A stretch of 64,000 bases of DNA from Eledone cirrhosa (Eukaryota): assembly GCA_964016885.1 (NCBI GenBank), contig OZ024758.1:25048001-25112000 (forward strand), in the 5' to 3' direction. Position 1 is the stretch's first letter. Each line of letters starts with the position of its first letter. The translations under genes and the position numbers were made by a program. This document shows, piece by piece, positions 10,914 through 24,438 of the stretch. The notes beneath the pieces were generated by a model. That model was given only the letters and a program-made list of their open reading frames with translations. It was not told where the DNA came from and ran no database searches.

Positions 10914-10943
10914 AATGATGATGATGATGATGATGATGATGAT
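8202..10943 (+). mobile_element. RTE-clade LINE, 5'-truncated, (TGA)n tail, inserted in (TA)n
   Basis: Begins mid-endonuclease directly after (TA)n; the ORF stop is followed at once by AATGATGATG; GC-richer than the flanks. Confidence 0.95.
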
Positions 10944-10964
10944 ATATATAATATATAATATATA

Positions 10965-11042
<78 letters not shown>

Positions 11043-11093
11043 TATATATATATATAATATATATTATATATTATATATTATATATTATATATA

Positions 11094-11167
11094 TCATCAT
11101 CATCATCATCATCATCATCATTTTACGTCCGCTTTTCCCTGCTTGCAAGGGTGGGACGGGTCTTATT
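11094..11167 (-). repeat. Inverted copy of the LINE 3' end
   Basis: Reverse complement of 10869-10943, including the LINE-specific AATAAGA before CCCGTCCC. Confidence 0.9.
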
Positions 11168-11499
11168 GGAGGCACATGGCTTAGTGGTTAGAGCATTGGG
11201 CTTGCAATCGAAAGGTTGTGAGTTCAATTCTCAGACCGGGTGATGTGTTGTTTCCTTGAGCAAGATACTTTATTTCACATTGCTCCAGTTTACTCAGCTG
11301 TAGAAATGAGATGATAGGGGCTGGGGTCCCTATCATTCCACTGCAAAGTGGTCGTGGAGGTGCCACGGCAAAAAAGCACCCAGCACTCACTGTAAATGAG
11401 GTTGGTGTTAGGAAGGGCATCCAGCTGTAGAAATCAAGCCAGCATCAGTTCCCGTCCCACCCTTGCAAGCAGGGAAAAAGCGGACGTAAAATGAAATGA

Positions 11500-11502
<3 letters not shown>
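11168..11502 (+). mobile_element. SINE family A, full length
   Basis: Head GGAGGCACATGGCTTAGTGGTTAGAGC through the RTE tail. Confidence 0.93.
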
Positions 11503-12581
<1,079 letters not shown>

Positions 12582-12630
12582 TATGGAATACTGTTGGCTT
12601 CTTGCTACAATACTTTCTACACCTTTCATT

Positions 12631-12719
<89 letters not shown>

Positions 12720-12731
12720 TAAATAATATAT

Positions 12732-12916
12732 ACGTTATTCCGGGTTGAATCGGAGGTAACCACAGTAAGTAAGGTACTCAATACATTGCAGAGTATAAAA
12801 GTTTTAATATAGATGAGATTCTACAGGACTAGAACTGTTTCATTCTTTAGAAATCATCAGGAGATTCCTGATGATTTCTAAAGAATGAAACAGTTCTAGT
12901 CCTGTAGAATCTCATC

Positions 12917-12921
<5 letters not shown>
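12732..12921. mobile_element. Penelope-like terminal fragment with inverted duplication (arms ~12807-12862 / 12866-12921)
   Basis: Palindrome centred on CAGGA-GAT-TCCTG; contains hammerhead cores; related degenerate copy at ~30940-31072. Confidence 0.7.
12861..12913 (+). ncRNA. Type I hammerhead ribozyme motif
   Basis: Helix I GAGATTC/GAATCTC; CTGATGA 12868-12874; helix II T-TTC-TAAA-GAA-T; GAAA 12887-12890; helix III ACAG/CTGT; cleavage triplet GTA 12904-12906. Confidence 0.75.
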
Positions 12922-12950
<29 letters not shown>

Positions 12951-12952
12951 TT

Positions 12953-13175
12953 CTAGGGCGGGTAAAATTCCTGAGATCCATGGACGAGTTCTCTCCAGCG
13001 GTCTCTGTCCCTCATTATCGCTGCCATGTCCTGCGTCTCCAATAGACCAGTGTCTGTCCTTAGGGTATCAACATACGTTAACCTTGGTCTTCCTCTTCTA
13101 GTGTGTCCATATAGGGGCTCCCAAAGGAGCACTGAGTACAATGTCAACTCTGGATGTCGGTGAGCATGTCCAGCT
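12953..13175 (-). mobile_element. 3' fragment of a second RTE-like LINE family
   Basis: AGHAHRHPELTLYSVLLWEPLYGHTRRGRPRLTYVDTLRTDTG...DRDRWRELV, typical RTE-like C-terminus, followed by (TA)n. Confidence 0.8.
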
Positions 13176-13377
13176 ATTATATATATATAATATATATATA
13201 ATATATATAATATATATAATATATATATATAATATATATATAATATATATAAATATAATATATATATAATATATATAATATAATATATATATATATAATA
13301 TATATATATAATATATATATATAATATATATATATAATATATATATATAATATATATATATAATATATATATATAAT

Positions 13378-13409
<32 letters not shown>

Positions 13410-14102
13410 ATATATATATATAATATATATATAATATATATATATAATATATATATAATATATATATATAATATATATATAATATATATATATAATATAT
13501 ATATAATATATATATATAATATATATAATATATATATATAATATATATATAATATATATATAATATATATATATAATTTATATATAATATATATATAATA
13601 TATATATAATATATATATAATATATATATATAATATATATATATAATATATTTATAATATATATATAATATATATATATAATATATATATAATATATATA
13701 TAATATATATATAATATATATATAATATATATATATATAATATATATATAATATATATATATAACATATATATAATATATATATAATATATATATATAAT
13801 ATATATATATATATAATATATATATAATATATATATAATATATATATAATATATATATAATATATATATAATATATATATATAATATATATATATATAAT
13901 ATATATATATAATATAATATATATATAATATATATATATAATATATATATATATATAATATATATATATATATAATATATATATAATATATATATATAAT
14001 ATAATATATATATATAATATATATATATATATAATATATATATATAATATATATATATATAATATATATATATTATATATATATATAATATAATATATAT
14101 AT

Positions 14103-14135
<33 letters not shown>

Positions 14136-14616
14136 ATATATATATTATATATATATATAATATATATATGTAATATATAATATATATATATATAATATAT
14201 ATATGTAATATATAATATATATAATATATATATAATATATAATATATATATATAATATATAATATATATATATAATATATAATATATTATGTAATATATA
14301 ATATATATATGTAATATATAATATATATATATAATATATAATATATATATATAATATATAATATATATATATAATATATAATATATATATATAATATATA
14401 ATATATATATATAATATATAATATATATATATAATATATATATATTATATATAATATATATTATATATATATAATATATAATATATATATATAATATATA
14501 ATATATATTATATATATATAATATATAATATATATATATAATATATATATATAATATATATATATAATATATAATATATATATATAATATATAAATATAA
14601 TATATATATAATATAT

Positions 14617-14662
<46 letters not shown>

Positions 14663-14672
14663 ATATATATAT

Positions 14673-14720
<48 letters not shown>

Positions 14721-14827
14721 ATATATATATAATATATATATAATATACATATATTATACATATATATATAATATACATATATATATAATATATATATAAT
14801 ATATATATAATAGACATATAAATATAT

Positions 14828-14915
<88 letters not shown>

Positions 14916-14929
14916 CATATATATATAAT

Positions 14930-14982
<53 letters not shown>

Positions 14983-15105
14983 ATATATATATATATATAT
15001 ATAATATACATATATATATAATATATATATATAATATATAATATAATATATATATATATAATATATATATAATATATATATAATATATATATATATAATA
15101 TATAT
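13176..15105. repeat. Imperfect (TA)n microsatellite, ~1.9 kb
   Basis: Direct inspection. Confidence 0.97.
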
Positions 15106-15146
15106 AGAGAGAGAGAGAGAATTCACAAGAATCAAAGCTATGTTCA

Positions 15147-15217
15147 AAGCATTTATTCACTTACAATTGTTTCATCCAAACCTAGACTTGGAATCTTCAG
15201 AGCATTTTTCAATGTTT
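15147..15217 (-). ncRNA. Type I hammerhead ribozyme motif (sense to the host gene)
   Basis: Minus strand AAACATTGAAAAATGCT-CTGAAGA-TTCCAAGTCTAGGTTTGGAT-GAAA-CAATTG-TA-AGTGAATAAATGCTT; palindromic helix III ACAATTGT; GTA triplet at 15164-15162. Confidence 0.72.
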
Positions 15218-16080
15218 GTACACATAATTGACCTCCTTTCCAACGCAAGAGACATACAGATACATATATATATATTGATGTACAGTGGAGTGACATATAT
15301 TATACTATATTATTTCTGTATAGCAATTCAAATTCAAAATCAAAATCAAAATTAAAATTAAAACAAAATTAAAATACATTCGGCAGTTAACACAGATAAA
15401 GCAAGATGATAGTTTGTTAGTTTGTTAATTACACACATACTTCCGGATAATAAACCGCTGTAAATTCTCGCAGCAGAATCAACCTATTCTATAAATTTGG
15501 ATTAAATAACACTGAGCCGCAATAAGCTAAAGTAATTTAATTTAATGCATCAAACACCCAATACGGAATCATCGTTACTTATGTGATGGATGTAAAAACT
15601 ATTTCTTACTTTTCCTGAATGTGAAAATGGTGGTGGAGACGAAAACCATAACTTTCTTTTGCTTCTCCTTTTTATTTTTATTTTTCTGCACACATACTTT
15701 TTTATTATATACAAAAAATACCTAACCACTACAGCCACCATAATACTCTTACTTACCCGCTTAAAGTGCTTGTATTACATGTAACACCCTGCCACACAAT
15801 AATCATATATAAATGAGACAAACTTGCATGCCCCACGTGTAACTAACGCATACACTAACTACTACATTTGACTAACAAACTATCCTCTTGCATTATCTGT
15901 GTTAACTGCCGAATGTATTTTAATTTTGTTTTAATTTTGTTTTAATTTAATTTTGATTTTGAATTGCTATACAGAAATAATATACTATAATATATGTCAC
16001 TCCACTGTACATCAATATATATATATATGTATCTGTATCTGTATGTCTCTTGCGTTGGAAAGAAGGTCAATTATATGTAC

Positions 16081-16152
16081 AAACATTGAAAAATGCTCCG
16101 AAGACTCTAAGCATAGGTTTGGATGAAACAATTGTAAGTGAATAAATGTTTT
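16081..16152 (+). ncRNA. Hammerhead motif copy with core change (CCGAAGA)
   Basis: TGCT-CCGAAGA-CTCTAAGCATAGGTTTGGAT-GAAA-CAATTG-TA-AGTG; U4>C in the core, probably impaired. Confidence 0.55.
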
Positions 16153-16339
16153 GAACAGCTTTAATTCTTGTGAATTCTATATAACTGCTCTGTAGAACAA
16201 CTGATGTTATTACATTGAGCTATTTATCTTACTGGTAATAAGGTAGTAATAAATTACTGAACTTCACTGTTTAGGGTTTAAAATATACATAACTATAAAA
16301 AGTTTTAGTATATAAATAACCATAAATAGTATCCCTAAT

Positions 16340-16895
16340 ATTATATATATATATATATATTATATATATATATATATAATATATATATATAATATATATA
16401 TATATAATATATATATATAATATATATATATATAATATATATATATATATAATATATATAATATATATATATATATAATATATATATATATATAATATAT
16501 ATAATATATATATATAATATATATATATATATAATATATATAATATATATATATATAATATATATATATAATATAATATATATATATAATATATATATAT
16601 AATATATATATATAATATATATATATAATATATATATATAATATATATATATATAATATATATATATAATATATATATATATATATAATATATATATATA
16701 TAATATATATATATATATAATATATATATATATAATATATATATATATAATATATATATATATATAATATATATAATATATATAATATATATATATATAT
16801 AATATATATATAATATATAATATATATATATAATATATATATATATATAATATATATATATATATATAATATATATATATATATATAATATATAT

Positions 16896-16962
<67 letters not shown>

Positions 16963-17119
16963 TATATATAATATATATAATATATATAATATATATATAT
17001 ATTATATAATATATATATATAATATATATAATATATATAATATATATATATATATTATATAATATATATATATAAATAATATATATATATAATATATAAT
17101 ATATATATATAATATATAT

Positions 17120-17162
<43 letters not shown>

Positions 17163-17680
17163 TATATATAATATATATATATAATATATATATATAATAT
17201 ATATATATAATATATATATATATATAATATATATAATATATATAATATATATATATATATATATAACATATATATATAATATATATATATATATAATATA
17301 TATATATAATATATATATATATATAATATATATATATATATAATATATATATATATATAGTATATATATATAATATATATATATATATAGTATATATATA
17401 TAATATATATATATAATATATATATATATAGTATATATATATAATATATATATATATAGTATATATATATAATATATATATATAATATATATATATATAG
17501 TATATATATATAATATATATATATAATATATATATATATAGTATATATATATAATATATATATATAATATATATATATATAATATATATATATATATAGT
17601 ATATATATATAATATATATATATAATATATATATATAATATATATATATAATATATATATATAATATATATATATAATAT

Positions 17681-17723
<43 letters not shown>

Positions 17724-17999
17724 TATATATAATATATATATATAATATATAATATATATATATATATAATATATATATATATATAATATATATATATATA
17801 TAATATATATATATATATAATATATATATAATATATATATATATATAATATATATATATATATAATATATATATATATATAATATATATATATATATAAT
17901 ATATATATAATATATATATATATAATATATATATATATATAATATATATATATATATAATATATATATATAATATATATATATAATATATATATATAAT

Positions 18000-18052
<53 letters not shown>

Positions 18053-18606
18053 TATATATAATATATATATATATAATATATATATATAATATATATATAT
18101 AATATATATATATAATATATATATATAATATATATATAATATATATATATAATATATATATAATATATATATATAATATATATATATAATATATATATAT
18201 AATATATATATATAATATATATATATAATATATATATATAATATATATATATAATATATATATATAATATATATATATAATATATATATATAATATATAT
18301 ATATAATATATATATATAATATATATATATAATATATATATATAATATATATATATAATATATATATAATATATATATATAATATATATAATATATATAT
18401 ATAATATATATATATAATATATATATATAATATATATAATATATATATATAATATATATATATAATATATATATATAATATATATATATAATATATATAT
18501 ATAATATATATATATAATATATATATATAATATATATATATAATATATATATATATATATAATATATATATATATAATATATATATAATATATATATATA
18601 TATAAT

Positions 18607-18640
<34 letters not shown>

Positions 18641-18659
18641 ATATATATATATATAATAT

Positions 18660-18703
<44 letters not shown>

Positions 18704-18760
18704 ATATATATATATATATATATGTATATATAATATATAATATATATGTATATATAATAT

Positions 18761-18802
<42 letters not shown>

Positions 18803-18859
18803 ATATATATATATATATATGTATATATAATATATAATATATATATGTATATATAATAT

Positions 18860-18901
<42 letters not shown>

Positions 18902-18905
18902 ATAT

Positions 18906-18936
<31 letters not shown>

Positions 18937-19355
18937 GTATATATAATATATATATATATATATGTATATATAATATATAATATATATATGTATATATAAT
19001 ATATAATATATATATATATATAATATATATATATAATATATATATATATAATATATATATATAATATATAATATATATATATATAATATATAATATATAT
19101 ATATAATATATATATATAATATATATATATATAATATATATATATATATAATATATATATATATATAATATATATATATAATATATATATATATAATATA
19201 TATATATAATATATATATATAATATATAATATATATATATATAATATATATATATATAATATATATATATATAATATATATATATATAATATATATATAT
19301 AATATATATATATAATATATATATATAATATATATATATAATATATATATATAAT

Positions 19356-19386
<31 letters not shown>

Positions 19387-19402
19387 TTATAATATATATA
19401 AT

Positions 19403-19435
<33 letters not shown>

Positions 19436-19442
19436 TTATAAT

Positions 19443-19473
<31 letters not shown>

Positions 19474-19693
19474 TTATAATATATATATATAATATATATA
19501 TAATATATATATATAAATATATATATATAAATATAATATATATATATAATATATATATATATAAATATAATATATATATATAATATATATAATATATATA
19601 TATAAATATATATATATAAATATATAATATATATATAATATATATATATAAATATAATATATATATATAATATATATATAATATATATATATA
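16340..19693. repeat. Imperfect (TA)n microsatellite, ~3.3 kb
   Basis: Direct inspection; local TAG, TGT and TTT variant blocks. Confidence 0.97.
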
Positions 19694-20325
19694 GAGGGAT
19701 CAGATGTTGTTTACTCGAGAGAAGGCTACGTTGGTATGGTCACGTGATGCGCATGAAAGACGACAGCTGTATAACAAAGTGCAGGGCGATAAAGATAGAC
19801 GGTAGTTACAGAGTAGACAGACCCAGAAAAACCTGGGACGAGCTGATAAATTCCGACCTCACACACTTACACCTCTCCAAGACAATATCACTGGACCGAG
19901 ACCTTTGGTGGTACTCAGTAATAGAGAAGACCCGCCTTACCTAAATACAAAGTAAAACCTACTACAGTCAGTAGGCATCTCTAACAAAATACACCCCCGT
20001 CCCACCACATCCACCTCATCCACACCGCCCCTTTCAATGTAAAGTTATGTTGGTGCCACAACATCCAGGCCGAAACAAATGAGATCGTGTAGGTGTCACG
20101 ACAAAAAAACACACAGTCCACACTGTAATGTGGCCATGTAGGTAACACGGTAAAAACCTCCCAGCCTCACACTGTAAATGTGGTTGGTGTTAGGAAGGGC
20201 ATCCAGCTGTAGAAAACCCACCAGACAGTCCTATGCGAGCAAGACAATCACTCTTGCCTCAAGTGGGAAAACTCCCGTCCAAACCCATGCAAGCGTGGAA
20301 CACGGACGTTAAACGATGATGATGA
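19693..20325 (+). mobile_element. Composite RTE-related element: RTE ORF C-terminus + SINE-like segment + second RTE tail
   Basis: RGIRCCLLERRLRWYGHVMRMKDD...RPRKTWDELI...VIEKTRLT* (to 19944), then GTTGGTGTTAGGAAGGGCATCCAGCTGTAGAAA shared with SINE A, then CCCGTCCAAACCCATGCAAGC..GGACGTTAAACGATGATG. Confidence 0.85.
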
Positions 20326-20374
20326 CATACATATATATATATCCATACATATACATATATATACATACATATAC

Positions 20375-20415
<41 letters not shown>

Positions 20416-20416
20416 C

Positions 20417-20455
<39 letters not shown>

Positions 20456-20462
20456 CATATAC

Positions 20463-20510
<48 letters not shown>

Positions 20511-20544
20511 ATATACATACTTATACATACATACATATATATAC

Positions 20545-20578
<34 letters not shown>

Positions 20579-21050
20579 ATACATACTTATACATACATAT
20601 ATATAGATACATATATATATATACATACTTATACATATATATATATACATATATATATATACATATATATACATACATATATATATATATATACACATAC
20701 ATATATATATATACACATACATATACACATACATATACATATATACATACATACATATATATATATATACACATACATATATATATACATACATATACAT
20801 ATATATACATTTGCGGACAAAAAGCGCAGCTCCCTAATTCATGGTCTACAAATGGCTGCGATAGCTGGCACCTTCAAAATTTGCAAAACATTCTTGCGAT
20901 TCAAGGGATGACAATTTCTTTTCTTTTACAACCTTGCCACCAGGAGGGTGGCCGGTCAAAAAAATATACTCGAAATTAAGAGAAAGAGGTATATATATAT
21001 ACATACATATATATATACATACATATACATATATACATACATATATCTAT

Positions 21051-21089
<39 letters not shown>

Positions 21090-21165
21090 CATACATATAT
21101 ATATATACATACATACATATATATATATACATACATACATATATATATATATACATACATACATA

Positions 21166-21197
<32 letters not shown>

Positions 21198-21242
21198 CAT
21201 ACATATATATATACATACATAATATATATACATACATACATA

Positions 21243-21274
<32 letters not shown>

Positions 21275-21314
21275 CATATATATATATACATACATATATA
21301 TATATACATACATA

Positions 21315-21346
<32 letters not shown>

Positions 21347-22171
21347 CATATATATATATACATACATACATACATATATACATACATATACATACATACA
21401 TATATATATATACATACATATATACATACATATATATACATACATACATACATATATATATATACATACATACATATACATACATACATATACATACATA
21501 TACATACATACATACATATACATATATATACATACATACATACATATACATACATACATATACATATATATACATACATACATATACATATATATACATA
21601 CATACATATACATATATATACATACATACATATACATACATACATATACATATATATACATACATACATATACATACATACACATACATACATATACATA
21701 CATACACATACATACATATACATACATACACATACATACATATACATACATACATATACATACATATACATACATACATATACATACATACATATACATA
21801 TATATATATATACATATACATATATATATATACATACATATACATATATATATATACATACATATACATATATATATATATACATACATATACATATATA
21901 TATATACATACATATACATATATATATATACATACATATACATATATATATATACATACATATACATATATATATATACATACATATACATATATATATA
22001 TACATACATATACATATATATATATACATACATATACATATATATATATACATACATATACATATATATACATACATACACATACATATATATACATACA
22101 TACATATATATATATATACATACATATACATATATATACATACATATACATATATATATACATACATATAC

Positions 22172-22202
<31 letters not shown>

Positions 22203-22420
22203 CATACATATATATATACATACATATACATATATATATACATATACATATATATATACATACATATACATATATATATATACATACATATACACATACA
22301 TATACATATATATACATACATATATATATATATATATACATACATACATACACATATATATACACATATATATGTATTCACATACATATATACATACATA
22401 CATACATATATATATATACA
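20326..22420. repeat. (TACA)n/(TA)n compound microsatellite, interrupted at 20810-20990
   Basis: Direct inspection. Confidence 0.96.
20810..20990 (+). mobile_element. 3' end of a restriction-like-endonuclease LINE (R4/Dong-like)
   Basis: Reads [33 protein letters not shown] (stop 20909-20911), resembling the LQKAxxxGTxxIxRxxL terminal helix of R4/Dong ORFs; short 3' UTR, then microsatellite. Confidence 0.55.
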
Positions 22421-22790
22421 TTTAAAGTGTACGATAAACACGAAATGTGTTTACATTGCAACAGACAAAGTTAGCTATTAATGAAATAAACTAATAAAAG
22501 TGAATACAATTTGTCTGTCTCGATATAAGTCAATAAAGACAATATTATATTTATATACATACATACATACACATATATATACACATATACATATATATAT
22601 ACAGATATATACAAGGTTTACGAAAATCATTGATGTCAACTCAACAGTTTCCAGCCAACACCTCACCCACTCAATGAATCTGTGTTTAGAGTGCACATAT
22701 TTTAGTTAACAGAAAGTAGAGTGTCTGTGTTTTGGTACACATACATCAAATATATATATATTTCATGTATCTGTACCAAAATATATGTAT

Positions 22791-23137
22791 GGAGGCACAT
22801 GGCTTAGTGGTTAGAGCATTGGCTTTGCAATCGAAAATTTATGAGTTCAATTCTCAGACAGGGTGATGTGTTGTTTCCTTGAGCAAGACACTTTATTTCA
22901 CATTGCTCCAGTTTACTCAACTGTAGAAATGAGATGATAGGGACTGGAGTCCCTATCATTCCACTGGAAAGTGGTTGTGGAGGTGTCACGGCAAAAAAGC
23001 ACCCAGCACTCACTGTAAATGAGGTTGGTGTTAGGAAGGGCATCCAGCTGTAGAAATCAAGCCAGTATCAGTTCCCGTCCCACCCTTGCAAGCAGGGAAA
23101 AAGCGGACGTAAAATGAAATGATGATGAAATGATGAT
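22791..23137 (+). mobile_element. SINE family A, full length
   Basis: Head to RTE tail, as in the other copies. Confidence 0.93.
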
Positions 23138-23141
23138 TCAG

Positions 23142-23473
23142 TTCATTTCATTTTATGTCCGCTTTTCGCTGCTTGCAAGGGTGGGACAGGAACTGATTCT
23201 GGCTTGATTTCTACAGCTGGATACCCTTCCTAACACCAACCTCATTTACAGTGAGTGCTGGGTGCTTTTTTGCCATGGCACCTCCACAACCACTTTGCAG
23301 TGGAATGATAGCGACCCCAGTCCCTATCATCTAATTTCTACAGCTGAGTAAACTGGAGCAATGTGAAATAAAGTGTCTTGCTCAAGGAAACAACACATCA
23401 CCCGGTCTGAGAATTGAACTCACAACTTTTCGATTGCAAGGCCAATGCTCTAACCACTAAGCCATGTGCCTCC
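23142..23473 (-). mobile_element. SINE family A, full length, tail-to-tail with the previous copy
   Basis: Reverse complement of the family consensus, with its own substitutions. Confidence 0.93.
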
Positions 23474-23559
23474 ATATTGACATATCCAAGAAGATCTTAA
23501 CGGTTTAAATTTTTCCTGGAAAATCTTGAACCGTTAAGATCTTCTTCCTGGATATGTCA

Positions 23560-23660
23560 ATATTTATAAACCAAACTTTGTATTTTATCTGATGAGAGCG
23601 TACCAAAGTTTTGGTACCCTTGAAATATATATAATAGAATAAATATGGTTTTATAAATAT
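23560..23660 (+). ncRNA. Type I hammerhead ribozyme motif with extended helix I
   Basis: Helix I TATTTTAT/ATAGAATA plus distal ATATTTATAAACCA/TGGTTTTATAAATAT; CTGATGA 23589-23595; helix II GAG-C-GTACCAAA-GT-TTTGGTAC-C-CTT; GAAA 23622-23625; palindromic helix III ATATATAT; ATA triplet 23631-23633. Confidence 0.78.
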
Positions 23661-23821
23661 AGTTTCCATTTATTTAATATCATTTAATACTATACTCCAG
23701 AAAACTGTTGAGTGCTTCGAATCAGTTATAAACATTTATATTTGTTGAATTACCAACAAATTAAATATCCCTTTTGCTTATATATATATATATATATAGT
23801 TATGTAATAAACAACATAAGA

Positions 23822-23899
23822 TAATTAATTCATTTACCAATGGTTTCTTGAAGAGCTTGACACTTATGTCTGTCTTCATTCATCAGAATAAATTTATTA
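23822..23899 (-). ncRNA. Type I hammerhead ribozyme motif (mirror copy, sense to the host gene)
   Basis: Reverse complement of 23907-23984. Confidence 0.72.
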
Positions 23900-23906
23900 T
23901 GGAATC

Positions 23907-23984
23907 TAATAAATTTATTCTGATGAATGAAGACAGACATAAGTGTCAAGCTCTTCAAGAAACCATTGGTAAATGAATTAATTA
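23907..23984 (+). ncRNA. Type I hammerhead ribozyme motif
   Basis: Helix I TAATAAATTTATT/AATGAATTAATTA; CTGATGA 23920-23926; helix II A-TGAAGA..GACA-TAAG-TGTC..TCTTCA-A; GAAA 23959-23962; helix III ACCA-T-TGGT; GTA 23969-23971. Confidence 0.75.
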
Positions 23985-24145
23985 TCTTATGTTGTTTATT
24001 ACATAACTAAAAAGCTCTGTAGCTTACATAGAGTACTCTCTTTTCCTTTACCTTTCCTACGGAAATACTTCATTTATATATTTATATCCAAGGAGTGTAA
24101 AGTGAAGTTACTTAAGTTCACCCAGGTGAGCACTCGATGTTTAGA

Positions 24146-24271
24146 TGTAGAAAACCAGCCAATATCACTCCTATAGGAGTGAGACATGGTCACTCAACCC
24201 AACTTGCCTCTAAATGGGACAAACCTGTCTAACCCATGCTAGCGTGGAAAATAGACGTTAATCGATGATGT

Positions 24272-24325
<54 letters not shown>

Positions 24326-24431
24326 CAGGTCTGTTCCTTTTAGCGGCAAGTTGGGTCGGGTGACGGTGTCTCACTCATATAGGAGTGCTATTGGCTGGTT
24401 TTCTATGGTTGGATGCCCTTCCTGACGCCAC
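24146..24431. mobile_element. Two diverged SINE/RTE 3' fragments, tail-to-tail around (TA)n
   Basis: 24146-24275 (+) ends AACCCATGCTAGCGTGGAAAATAGACGTTAATCGATGATG; 24323-24431 is a related reverse-complement copy. Confidence 0.7.
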
Positions 24432-24438
24432 ATATATA

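Larger units (their letters stand above)
15119..16340 (+). mobile_element. Penelope-like element remnant with ~300-bp inverted arms (15119-15421 / 15871-16177)
   Basis: Diverged inverted repeats, each carrying a hammerhead motif; embedded between (TA)n tracts. Confidence 0.7.
23797..24080 (+). mobile_element. Penelope-like terminal fragment with 103-bp inverted arms (23797-23899 / 23907-24009)
   Basis: Arms appear identical, with a 7-nt spacer TGGAATC; starts at (TA)n; each arm holds a hammerhead. Confidence 0.72.

Noticed and set aside
11168-11240. SINE heads as tRNA genes
   Set aside because: A and B boxes are present, but the acceptor and anticodon stems pair poorly and the sequence continues into the SINE body.
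15465-15525. Possible GIY-YIG C-terminal remnant (AAESTY..YKFGLN)
   Set aside because: Needs a frameshift and is too short to support by eye.
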